From IMG/VR virus record IMGVR_UViG_3300045972_000138, positions 62,001-126,000 of that record: a DNA stretch of 64,000 nt; one strand, 5' to 3'. A program made the translations under genes and the position numbers. Shown piece by piece: positions 1-8,129 of this stretch. Under the pieces are notes generated by a model. That model saw nothing but the letters and a program-made list of their open reading frames with translations, was not told the DNA's origin and made no database searches. Within the stretch, counting starts at the first letter, position 1; the number at the start of each line of letters is the position of its first letter.

Positions 1-1
1 C

Positions 2-364
2 AAAGGCCTATGTAATGTAAGTGAAGTATGGGGTACAGAAGTTATGTTGTACTCTAAAGAACTATATGCAGGAACAACTGACTTAGTCGGACTACATAAC
101 GGTGTACCTGCGATTATGGACTTTAAAAATAGCCTAAAAGAGAAGAAAAAAGAGTGGATCGAGGACTATTTTATGCAGCTGGCAGCATACGCATTATCAC
201 ACAACGAAATGTATGGCACACATATACAGAAGGGTGTAATTATGATGGCCTGCCGTACTGGTAAATATCTTGAATTTGTTATCGAAGGTGATGAGTTTAC
301 TCATTACGAAACTATGTGGGCAAATAAGGTCTGCGAATATTATAATAAATTTGGCCTAGAATAA
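2..364 (+). CDS. PD-(D/E)xK (Cas4/RecB-like) exonuclease, 5'-truncated by window edge
   Basis: Frame is open from base 2; YAGTTDLVG...IMDFK...YFMQLAAYA matches the PD-(D/E)xK nuclease core. Confidence 0.7.
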   Translation, partial: KGLCNVSEVWGTEVMLYSKELYAGTTDLVGLHNGVPAIMDFKNSLKEKKKEWIEDYFMQLAAYALSHNEMYGTHIQKGVIMMACRTGKYLEFVIEGDEFTHYETMWANKVCEYYNKFGLE

Positions 365-378
365 TTAGAGAGGTAATT

Positions 379-816
379 ATGAGTTGGAACAACACACCCG
401 ACCACGAGCGTCTTGCTATGTGGAAAAAATTAAGAAAAGACATATCTGACTTGCCGCTAAATGAGAAATTAGAAACAGTGGCAAAGTTTTTCTCAGTCAT
501 GCCATTTGGTTCTCGTACACTCGATTACTATACACCCGAAAATTGGCCAACACCCTGGGAAATTATATTCCACGGCCATCTATGCAAGAGTTCTATTAGC
601 CTATTAATTTTCCAAACATTCAGTCTGTTGCATACCGACGATGTGCTTGAATTAATACTCATTGACGACGGCGAAGATGAATATTTATTACCGGTGGTTT
701 CTAATACGTTTGTACTAAACTATGAACTAGGCAAGGTAAATAACTTGCAAGACATAACAGCTGAATTGCAGATTTTAAACACGTACACACAGAAAGATAT
801 AAAGGCAATCTCGTAA
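379..816 (+). CDS. Hypothetical protein, possibly a degenerate transglutaminase-like (BTLCP/LapG) fold
   Basis: RBS GAGG; WPTPWEII..G.LCK resembles YW.TP.E.L..G.GDC, but the catalytic His is not evident. Confidence 0.55.
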   Translation: MSWNNTPDHERLAMWKKLRKDISDLPLNEKLETVAKFFSVMPFGSRTLDYYTPENWPTPWEIIFHGHLCKSSISLLIFQTFSLLHTDDVLELILIDDGEDEYLLPVVSNTFVLNYELGKVNNLQDITAELQILNTYTQKDIKAIS

Positions 817-909
817 TTTACACCACGTTATGAAAACTACAACCACCTTCAAAATATTTGACATTCGTTAAATATCCCATTCAACTACTATTAGGTAAAC
901 TATACACAT

Positions 910-2808
910 ATGAATAATAACATCTATGAAACATTTATAGCCAAATCGCGCTATGCTCGATACATTGATTCCGAGAAAAGGCGCGAAAATTGGGGCGAAA
1001 CTGTTTCGCGCTATTTTGATTTTATGGCAAAACACCTGCAGACAAAGCAAAATTACACACTATCTGCTGATTTACGTAAAGAATTGCAAGATGCAATAAC
1101 AAATTTTGAAGTAATGCCATCGATGCGTGCGTTAATGACTGCAGGCAAGGCATTAGATCGCGATAATACAGCAGGTTACAACTGTTCATATCTTCCAGTT
1201 GATGATCCTAAGTGTTTCGATGAAGCAATGTTCATTTTACTTAATGGTACAGGTGTTGGATTTTCTGTTGAGCGTCAATATATTGTTAAATTACCAGATG
1301 TGCCTGAAAAGATTTTTGACAGTGAGTCAACAATTGTAGTATCTGATAGCAAGGAAGGATGGTCCAAGGCTGTTAGACAGGTTATCGCAATGTTATATTC
1401 TGGTGAAGCACCTAAGTGGGATGTAAGCAAGGTTCGTCCAGCTGGCGCACGCCTTAAAGTATTTGGCGGCCGAGCATCTGGACCAGCACCGCTTGTTGAT
1501 TTGTTTAAGTTTCTTGTTAAGTTATTCAAGAATGCTCAAGGTCGCAAATTAAACAGTATCGAATGTCACGATATTATGTGTAAAATTGGTGAAGTTGTAG
1601 TTGTTGGTGGTGTTCGCCGTTCTGCTATGATCTCCTTGTCAAACCTGTCTGATGATCGTATGCGTCACGCTAAATCCGGTGCTTGGTGGGAAACACAAGG
1701 ACAACGTGCATTAGCAAATAATAGCGCCTGCTATACAGAGCGTCCAGACGTTGGTATCTTTATGCAAGAATGGCAATCGCTATACGAATCTAAATCTGGC
1801 GAACGCGGCATCTTTAATCGTGAAGCAGCGAAGAACATTGTTAAGCTAAACGGTCGTCGTAATCCAGAATTCGAATTTGGTACTAATCCTTGCTCCGAAA
1901 TTATTCTAAGACCGTTCCAGTTCTGTAATTTGACAGAAATTATTGTCCGTGCAGAAGATACAATTGAAGATATTCAGCGTAAGGCTCGTATTGCATCTAT
2001 TTTAGGTACTATGCAGTCAACGTTGACACATTTTCCATACTTGCGTAAGATTTGGAAGGACAATACAGAAGCAGAACGCCTATTAGGTGTGTCAATGACT
2101 GGTGTATTGGACCACGCATTATTGAATAATGCAGATGATCCTGAATTAGCAGGTAGATTAGAATCTATTAAGAAGGTAGCAGTCGATGTAAATGCAGAGT
2201 TTGCAGAAGCTTTTGGAATCCCAGCGTCTACTGCCATTACATGTAATAAACCATCTGGTACAGTATCTCAACTAACAGATACAGCATCGGGTATTCATCC
2301 TCGTCACGCTGCATATTACTATCGCCGTGTCCGTAGCGATTTGAAAGATCCTCTAACACACGCAATGATTGCAGCAGGTGTTCCTAACGAACCCGATGTT
2401 ACAAAACCAGGTAGTACAGTTGTGTTTACATTCCCGAAGAAGGCCCCTGAAGGTGCGCTTTTACGTGCTAATTTAGACGCAATTTCGCACTTAAAATTAT
2501 GGTTAGCTTATCAGCGCCATTACTGCGAGCACAAGCCATCTGTTACTATCTCTGTAGAAGAAAAAGAGTGGCCAGCAGTAGGTGCATTTGTTTGGGACCA
2601 CTTTGACGAGATGTCTGGTGTGTCATTCCTACCATACGATGGTGGTTCATACAAGCAAGCACCATATGAAGATTGTACAAAGGCACAATACGACGAATTA
2701 TTGGCAAGTATGCCTTTAGAAATTAATTGGGATGCCATTGTAGAGATGGAAGATAATGTAGAAGGTGCTCAAATGTTGGCCTGCACCGCCGGTAACTGTG
2801 AAATTTAA
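910..2808 (+). CDS. nrdJ: Class II (adenosylcobalamin-dependent) ribonucleotide reductase
   Basis: MPSMRALMTAG, YNCS, GTGVGFS, GTNPCSEI, CNLTE, TCNKPSGT motifs; no ATP cone. Confidence 0.9.
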   Translation: MNNNIYETFIAKSRYARYIDSEKRRENWGETVSRYFDFMAKHLQTKQNYTLSADLRKELQDAITNFEVMPSMRALMTAGKALDRDNTAGYNCSYLPVDDPKCFDEAMFILLNGTGVGFSVERQYIVKLPDVPEKIFDSESTIVVSDSKEGWSKAVRQVIAMLYSGEAPKWDVSKVRPAGARLKVFGGRASGPAPLVDLFKFLVKLFKNAQGRKLNSIECHDIMCKIGEVVVVGGVRRSAMISLSNLSDDRMRHAKSGAWWETQGQRALANNSACYTERPDVGIFMQEWQSLYESKSGERGIFNREAAKNIVKLNGRRNPEFEFGTNPCSEIILRPFQFCNLTEIIVRAEDTIEDIQRKARIASILGTMQSTLTHFPYLRKIWKDNTEAERLLGVSMTGVLDHALLNNADDPELAGRLESIKKVAVDVNAEFAEAFGIPASTAITCNKPSGTVSQLTDTASGIHPRHAAYYYRRVRSDLKDPLTHAMIAAGVPNEPDVTKPGSTVVFTFPKKAPEGALLRANLDAISHLKLWLAYQRHYCEHKPSVTISVEEKEWPAVGAFVWDHFDEMSGVSFLPYDGGSYKQAPYEDCTKAQYDELLASMPLEINWDAIVEMEDNVEGAQMLACTAGNCEI

Positions 2809-2816
2809 GGAAATAT

Positions 2817-3080
2817 ATGATAACAATTTATTCGAAACCGAGTTGCACATTTTGCGACCAAGCGAAGGCGCTATTAGATTCAAGAGGTGTTGAATTTAAA
2901 GAATTAATACTCGATGTTGGTCAAGAGCAAGATCCTGCTAAGACATATGTGTCTGTTGCATCGCTAAAAGAAAAAGTACCGACAGCAAGAACAGTGCCGC
3001 AAATATTCAAAGGCGATTATCACATTGGCGGATATACCGAATTAAGACAATTTTTAGAATCACAACTACTAAACGCATAG
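2817..3080 (+). CDS. Glutaredoxin
   Basis: CTFC active site, TVPQIF and IGGY motifs; adjacent to RNR. Confidence 0.88.
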   Translation: MITIYSKPSCTFCDQAKALLDSRGVEFKELILDVGQEQDPAKTYVSVASLKEKVPTARTVPQIFKGDYHIGGYTELRQFLESQLLNA

Positions 3081-3087
3081 GAAAATA

Positions 3088-3393
3088 ATGCTATTACAAA
3101 AACAAGACACAGTACCGTACATTGGTATATTTAAATTAAATAGCGGCGAGGAATTTATTGGTAAAGTTGTGTTAGAATCTGACACAATGTATACTATCTC
3201 TAAGCCGTTATGTATGGTGGGCACAGATAAGGGCTTCCAGTTCGCACCATTTATTATGATGGGAGATATGGATGCCGATGTTAAATTGCCTAAACCTGTA
3301 ATACAGACAAAACCAAATGGTAAGATTTTAGAACAATATGAAGCAGCAACATCGCCTATCGCGATGCCTAAGAAAAGTTCAATCATCGTATAG
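3088..3393 (+). CDS. Hypothetical protein, Sm-like beta fold
   Basis: RBS AGGA; FKLNSGEEFIGKV motif typical of small phage Sm-like proteins. Confidence 0.55.
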   Translation: MLLQKQDTVPYIGIFKLNSGEEFIGKVVLESDTMYTISKPLCMVGTDKGFQFAPFIMMGDMDADVKLPKPVIQTKPNGKILEQYEAATSPIAMPKKSSIIV

Positions 3394-3417
3394 CACAAAT
3401 TACACAAAGGAAATTTA

Positions 3418-3609
3418 ATGAAACCTACAAATAAGACCCCATACGAAATTAGACTAGAATTGCTTCAGCTCTCTCAGACAATTTTGCAGAATAAGCATTT
3501 AGCAGAGTCTGGCGGAAACCGATTAATGTCGGCACCTACATCGGAAGAAATCATTGCAGAGGCTGAAAAGCTTAATGCATTTGTATCTAAGGCTAATCCT
3601 AGCCACTAA
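3418..3609 (+). CDS. Small conserved phage protein (KTPYEIRLELL type)
   Basis: RBS AAGGA; two amphipathic helices, KTPYEIRLELL and PTSEEIIAEAEKLNAFVS. Confidence 0.65.
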   Translation: MKPTNKTPYEIRLELLQLSQTILQNKHLAESGGNRLMSAPTSEEIIAEAEKLNAFVSKANPSH

Positions 3610-3621
3610 TTGTTCGAATAC

Positions 3622-3650
3622 TTGACTCTACATGATACGTAATGTAAACT
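3622..3650 (+). promoter_or_regulatory. sigma70-type promoter inside an 11-bp inverted repeat
   Basis: TTGACT-17-TAAACT; ACTTGACTCTA (3620-3630) / TAGAGTCAAGT (3650-3660). Confidence 0.6.
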
Positions 3651-3699
3651 AGAGTCAAGTTGCAAGAATAAACCTGTAACTTTTCAAATAGGATCTATT

Positions 3700-3939
3700 A
3701 TGGCACAAGCAGCAGTTAAAATCAGTAGTTCGGTAAAGTTTACTCCAGTAAAGAGTACAATGGTTGAATCTTATGCTCGCGCAGCAGGCGATTTGGCCGT
3801 TAAGTATAACAGTGGTAGCACTTATATCTATAAGAATGTTGACGAAGCAACATTCCAGGACTTTTTGAAGGCCCCATCCGTTGGTAAGTTTATTTCCAGC
3901 AAAATCAAGCCTAAGTTCGACGCAGAATTAGCTGAGTAA
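3700..3939 (+). CDS. KTSC-domain protein
   Basis: VKSTMVES...LAVKYNSGSTYIYKNV....F..FLKAPSVGKFI...IK fits KTSC. Confidence 0.8.
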   Translation: MAQAAVKISSSVKFTPVKSTMVESYARAAGDLAVKYNSGSTYIYKNVDEATFQDFLKAPSVGKFISSKIKPKFDAELAE

Positions 3940-3961
3940 TCCGCGAATCCGCTTCATCTAG

Positions 3962-3989
3962 TTGACCTTTAGGTATTTGGTGTTATAAT
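3962..3989 (+). promoter_or_regulatory. sigma70-type promoter, extended -10
   Basis: TTGACC-16-TATAAT with TGn upstream of -10. Confidence 0.65.
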
Positions 3990-4017
3990 AGCATCATATA
4001 ACTTAAAGGTGAACAAA

Positions 4018-4656
4018 ATGAAGCGGATTCTTTTTACATTAGTTGTTGCAGCTTTTGCAGGATGTTCTTCAACACCGTCTGCTCCAGAAAAAACCAGCAA
4101 CGCAACCCAGGACCAGGTCCTTATTTCTACATTTGCTCGTAACAGCATTAAGCTAGAATGGAGTTGCAAATTTTTAACAGGATTTAGTGATGCAACATGC
4201 ATCAAGGGCAATATTGTTGCTATCGAAGCAACAGGCTATGCACCATCCTACGGAAATACAGAAGCATTGCGTGAGACAGCATTTAGTGTCGCACACGATG
4301 TAGCAGTTGATAAAATTGTACGCTTCATTAAGCAAGACCTTACATCCTCTCGTGTAACACATACTCTCACAAAGAATGTCGAAAAGGCAAACGACCTTAT
4401 CGCACATAATAGTAAGTCGACTGCTACCGAATCCGAAGAAGCAGCAAACGAAGATAGCTCAGACACCAATCGATCAAATGTTAACGAAACTGTAAGAACA
4501 GTTGTCGAAAATATTAGAACACAGGCATCCGGTATTGTGCGTGGTGCTCAAATCACCGACGAAAAGGTTGTCGACGCAAAAACAGTTGCAGTTACAGTAC
4601 GCTGGTCTGTAAAAAATACAGAGCAATCAACCAATCTCCAAAACTACTTTAAGTAA
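4018..4656 (+). CDS. Lipoprotein, LPP20-like domain
   Basis: MKRILFTLVVAAFAG-C lipobox; GYAP...ALRETAF..A...A..KIV.FI...L.S and TVAVTVRW fit LPP20-like fold. Confidence 0.65.
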   Translation: MKRILFTLVVAAFAGCSSTPSAPEKTSNATQDQVLISTFARNSIKLEWSCKFLTGFSDATCIKGNIVAIEATGYAPSYGNTEALRETAFSVAHDVAVDKIVRFIKQDLTSSRVTHTLTKNVEKANDLIAHNSKSTATESEEAANEDSSDTNRSNVNETVRTVVENIRTQASGIVRGAQITDEKVVDAKTVAVTVRWSVKNTEQSTNLQNYFK

Positions 4657-4659
4657 TAT

Positions 4660-5604
4660 ATGTTCTCGAAACTATGGTTAGTGGTATTATTACTAATATC
4701 ACCGATAGTTTATGCTGAAGATTTTATCCGCACAGACGCCTGGGGTAAGACTGAAGCAGAAGCACGTCACGCAGCATTCATTAAGGCAATTGAACTTAAG
4801 GTTGGTGTGCTTATGCTTAGTGATAGAGACACAAAAAATTATGAACAGGTAAAGAATGATATCTATGCTTACAGCAGTGGATATGTTACTGATTATAAGA
4901 CTATTTCCGTAGACACCGAAGGCGACGGTGTGCGTGTTATTGTGGATTCTAAGGTTTCTACAAGCAAAATTAAAAATAGAATATTAATTGGAAATAGTTC
5001 ATCATCTATAAATGGTGAATTAGCATCAGCAAGCTACAATACATATAAGCATACGAAAGATACGGCAGATGACCTCCTGCGTAAGGCATTATCTAGCTAT
5101 CCGACAAATGCGTATACTGTCTTGCTACGAACTTCGAATGTAAAATCTAGTAATAACAGAGAACTTGAACTTGATATCGACTTCTCTATTGAACTAAAGA
5201 CTGAGTTTATACAGAACTTAGTGGAAACATTGAATGTTATCGAAAATCCCAATATAAAAGAGTACGCAAGTAAAATTATTATTGACAACACTGAATTAAT
5301 ACAGTTGTTCAACCACCAAAATAAGTTTTATCTAGATGATAATATAACACAGCAGGTCCTTTATAAATATTTGGTACCAAGTAATGCACGGCTAAAAATA
5401 AGTTTAGAAGGCGATAATGGTGTGTTATATGCAACCTGTAGACCAGTAGCGACATTAGTGAAACTGAGTGGGGTGAATGTAACATTCTATGTTGGGCAGA
5501 AAAAGTATTACGGTACGCAAATACGGGATATACGTGAAATAATGCAAGATGTTACTGATATCAAATTATCAGTAGTTAATGTAAAGGATTGCCAAAATGA
5601 ATGA
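4660..5604 (+). CDS. Exported protein with LPP20/FlgT-N-like N-terminal domain
   Basis: Signal peptide ending VYA; WGKTEAEARHAAFIKAIELKVG...SSGYVTDYKTIS. Confidence 0.55.
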   Translation: MFSKLWLVVLLLISPIVYAEDFIRTDAWGKTEAEARHAAFIKAIELKVGVLMLSDRDTKNYEQVKNDIYAYSSGYVTDYKTISVDTEGDGVRVIVDSKVSTSKIKNRILIGNSSSSINGELASASYNTYKHTKDTADDLLRKALSSYPTNAYTVLLRTSNVKSSNNRELELDIDFSIELKTEFIQNLVETLNVIENPNIKEYASKIIIDNTELIQLFNHQNKFYLDDNITQQVLYKYLVPSNARLKISLEGDNGVLYATCRPVATLVKLSGVNVTFYVGQKKYYGTQIRDIREIMQDVTDIKLSVVNVKDCQNE

Positions 5605-5686
5605 TACACCCACTCAAGTACCGGCAGATTGGACTGAAGAGGAAGAAGAAGCCTGGCACGATTTGGAGGATAAGAAAAAAGGTTGA
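5597..5686 (+). CDS. Small acidic peptide (29 aa), not in supplied ORF track
   Basis: RBS AAGGA; MNDTPTQVPADWTEEEEEAWHDLEDKKKG; overlaps upstream stop. Confidence 0.5.
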   Translation: MNDTPTQVPADWTEEEEEAWHDLEDKKKG

Positions 5687-5711
5687 CCGATTTTAGCCTT
5701 TACATTAAAAT
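5683..5711 (+). promoter_or_regulatory. sigma70-type promoter with 11-bp inverted repeat flanking -10
   Basis: TTGACC-17-TAAAAT; TTTAGCCTTTA (5692-5702) / TAAAGGCTAAA (5711-5721). Confidence 0.65.
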
Positions 5712-5730
5712 AAAGGCTAAATACTTTTAC

Positions 5731-5753
5731 GCAATAGAGATAGACTCAGTTGC
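5731..5753 (+). promoter_or_regulatory. 5'UTR hairpin with AUAGA loop (copy 1)
   Basis: GCAAU-A-GAG-AUAGA-CUC-A-GUUGC; shares TAGAGATAGACT with 8088-8099. Confidence 0.5.
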
Positions 5754-5778
5754 ACTTAACTTTACATAGGATTTATGT

Positions 5779-6150
5779 ATGACAACAAAAACTAAGCAAT
5801 CTGCTCTCGAGCAGTACCGTAACACTTACTCTGGTAAGGCTCTGTTACAAAAACATTCCCTTACAGAAACTGGCCTTTGGCGCATTCGCGGAGAAGATCC
5901 GAATTGCGATTTTGGTGGCCATCACTACCAGCCAGATCTTGGCGTAGTTGAAGGCACATTAAAAGACATTATCGATTACGCTGTGGGCCTCAAGAACTTT
6001 TGGACTTGGGGAGGCGGTGGCGATATTTCGTTGGTTGAAGTCAAGAAGATTGATCCACAAGCCAACAAGCGTATTGCAGAACTTCGCAAGGAATCGGAAG
6101 ATCTGCAAGCTCGTCTCAAAGAAATCAACACTGAATTGAAGGGAGCATAA
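5779..6150 (+). CDS. Hypothetical protein with C-terminal coiled coil
   Basis: RBS AGGA downstream of promoter; ORF track. Confidence 0.7.
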   Translation: MTTKTKQSALEQYRNTYSGKALLQKHSLTETGLWRIRGEDPNCDFGGHHYQPDLGVVEGTLKDIIDYAVGLKNFWTWGGGGDISLVEVKKIDPQANKRIAELRKESEDLQARLKEINTELKGA

Positions 6151-6151
6151 T

Positions 6152-6490
6152 ATGCCTTGCAGAGACTACTACGACGATCATCCCGAAGCATACTTCAAAG
6201 ATATCAAAGAACCCGCGTTGAAGAAGCAAATTGCATTTGCAGAATCCGCACTGTGCCAAACACTTGCTGCATTGGAAATTGCACATACAGATATGGCAAG
6301 TCCCGCAGAATTTTACGACCTAATTAACTTTAAAGAAGCAGGTATTACAAAGGTGGAACTAAAGAAATGGCATAAGGAACATAAGGTACTTGATGCTAAA
6401 CACCGCAAAGAAGAATCTGAAAAGAATCTACGTGCAACTGCACTTGCAAAATTAACAGCCGAAGAACGTAAAGCATTGGGAGTAAAATAA
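6152..6490 (+). CDS. Hypothetical protein
   Basis: RBS GGAG; translationally coupled. Confidence 0.7.
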   Translation: MPCRDYYDDHPEAYFKDIKEPALKKQIAFAESALCQTLAALEIAHTDMASPAEFYDLINFKEAGITKVELKKWHKEHKVLDAKHRKEESEKNLRATALAKLTAEERKALGVK

Positions 6491-7518
6491 TGTCTGATAA
6501 GAAATATGATACACTGGTTTTGATTGGGCGTTTTCAACCATTCCATACTGCTCACTTGTTGTTAGTCCAACGTGCAACCGCACTTGCTAACAAGGTTGTA
6601 TTTATTGTGGGCTCGGCCAATCAGCCGCGCACCTACAAAAATCCATTTACGTTCGAAGAACGCAGAATTATGATTTACGAAGCTACTCGCGGTATGGCTG
6701 GCCCACTTAGCTTTTATATCGAGCCAAATCCGGATAGTTTATACAACGATCAGGCGTGGGCTGTGCGTGTGCAGGCACTTGTAGGAAAACACACTAAACC
6801 CGGCGATAAGGTTGGCATTATTGGGCATAAGAAAGATCCTTCCAGTTTTTACTTGGATATGTTCCCTCAGTGGGGATTCGAGTCTGTGGAACTTCTTGAA
6901 CCATTGGATGCATCTGAGATCCGTGATTTGTACTTCAAGCGCGACATTAATATGAAATTTATTAAGCATGTTGTACCACCAACTACATATGACTTTCTTG
7001 ATGCATTTGCAGACGGTCCAGCACACGAACAAATTATCAAAGAACGCGAATTTGTGGCAAACTACAAGAAGCAATATGCGTCATTGCCGTATCCGCCAAT
7101 CTTTAGCACCGCTGACGCTGTGGTTATTTGCAGTGGTCACGTGTTGATGGTGAAGCGCCGTGCAGAACCCGGCAAGGGGTTGTGGGCATTGCCCGGTGGA
7201 TATGTAAATGCAAACACTGATCGCACCGTAGAGGATGCAATGCTACGCGAACTGCGCGAAGAGACACTAATTAAGGTGCCTGCACCAGTATTACGTGGTA
7301 GCATTGTACGTAGCAAGGTGTTTGATGCAATTGATCGTAGCCCACGTGGTCGTATTATCACTCACGCATTCTTTATTAAGTTACCCGATGGTGAACTGCC
7401 AAAAGTAAAAGGTGCAGACGATGCCGAAAAAGCAAAGTGGGTACCTATTGCAAGCGTAAAGAGTGATGAATGCTTTGAAGATCACTTCGAAATTTTGCAA
7501 CACTTTTTAGGAGCATAA
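6490..7518 (+). CDS. nadM: Bifunctional NMN adenylyltransferase / ADP-ribose Nudix hydrolase (NadM-Nudix, NatV-like)
   Basis: IGRFQPFHTAH (HxxH), GSAN..RT.KNPF, Nudix box GG......AMLRELREET, DRSPRGR, FEDH. Confidence 0.92.
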   Translation: MSDKKYDTLVLIGRFQPFHTAHLLLVQRATALANKVVFIVGSANQPRTYKNPFTFEERRIMIYEATRGMAGPLSFYIEPNPDSLYNDQAWAVRVQALVGKHTKPGDKVGIIGHKKDPSSFYLDMFPQWGFESVELLEPLDASEIRDLYFKRDINMKFIKHVVPPTTYDFLDAFADGPAHEQIIKEREFVANYKKQYASLPYPPIFSTADAVVICSGHVLMVKRRAEPGKGLWALPGGYVNANTDRTVEDAMLRELREETLIKVPAPVLRGSIVRSKVFDAIDRSPRGRIITHAFFIKLPDGELPKVKGADDAEKAKWVPIASVKSDECFEDHFEILQHFLGA

Positions 7519-7519
7519 T

Positions 7520-7819
7520 ATGTTTATTGGACATGGTATTAGCAGGCTTAGCGACTTTGATAAGCATCCGCCAAAGTTTATTGTGGTGCAGGAATACACT
7601 GAAAGCCATATGGGTGCAAATTACGGTCCACCAGATCCACCGCCATCCATGGAAACATCCACTTACATGGGTATTCGTGGATTTAAGACTACGGACGAAG
7701 TTGCTGCGTGGATTAAGCAGGAACGAGAAAGTCCCTACAGCAAAAACAAATCATTCAAAGTATTTGCAATTGATGCAATGACTGTTAAGACTGATATTAC
7801 TGTGTCTTTAGGAGCATAA
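7520..7819 (+). CDS. Hypothetical protein
   Basis: RBS GGAG; operon packing. Confidence 0.6.
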   Translation: MFIGHGISRLSDFDKHPPKFIVVQEYTESHMGANYGPPDPPPSMETSTYMGIRGFKTTDEVAAWIKQERESPYSKNKSFKVFAIDAMTVKTDITVSLGA

Positions 7820-7820
7820 G

Positions 7821-8057
7821 GTGCATTACTATGTACATATCCAACGGTTAAATGGTAAGCACGACTATTGGGAATTGGCATATGATTTACATAACAAAGG
7901 ATTTGGAACTAGTGTGGATTATTTTCCGGGAGACGATATGCTAACGCCTATAGTCTATCCACACTTAAGATTTAACGACGAAGGAGATGCTGTTGCATTT
8001 TGTTTAGCACACGGATGCACCTACAGTACAAAAATACCGGAGAACGTTGACAAGTAA
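7821..8057 (+). CDS. Small protein of FxDxxDAxxF paralog family
   Basis: GTG start, RBS GGAG; C-terminal RFNDEGDAVAFCL. Confidence 0.6.
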   Translation: MHYYVHIQRLNGKHDYWELAYDLHNKGFGTSVDYFPGDDMLTPIVYPHLRFNDEGDAVAFCLAHGCTYSTKIPENVDK

Positions 8058-8075
8058 ATGGTTATTTGTTAAACT
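8047..8075 (+). promoter_or_regulatory. sigma70-type promoter of NAMPT
   Basis: TTGACA-17-TAAACT. Confidence 0.7.
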
Positions 8076-8085
8076 TAAAACAAGT

Positions 8086-8104
8086 CCTAGAGATAGACTT
8101 TAGG
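8086..8104 (+). promoter_or_regulatory. 5'UTR hairpin with AUAGA loop (copy 2)
   Basis: CCUAGAG-AUAGA-CUUUAGG; alternative pairing AAGUC (8082-86) / GACUU (8096-8100). Confidence 0.5.
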
Positions 8105-8129
8105 CAATTAAATTTAAAGGAACTTTAAA

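Noticed and set aside
816-909. NrdR box or cobalamin riboswitch upstream of nrdJ
   Set aside because: The 93-nt gap is too short for a B12 riboswitch, and no ACACWATATATWGTG-like match was seen.
910-2808. Intein or intron in nrdJ, and in the DnaE-like ORF
   Set aside because: Length is normal and no Cys/Ser...His-Asn splice junction or LAGLIDADG motif was seen.
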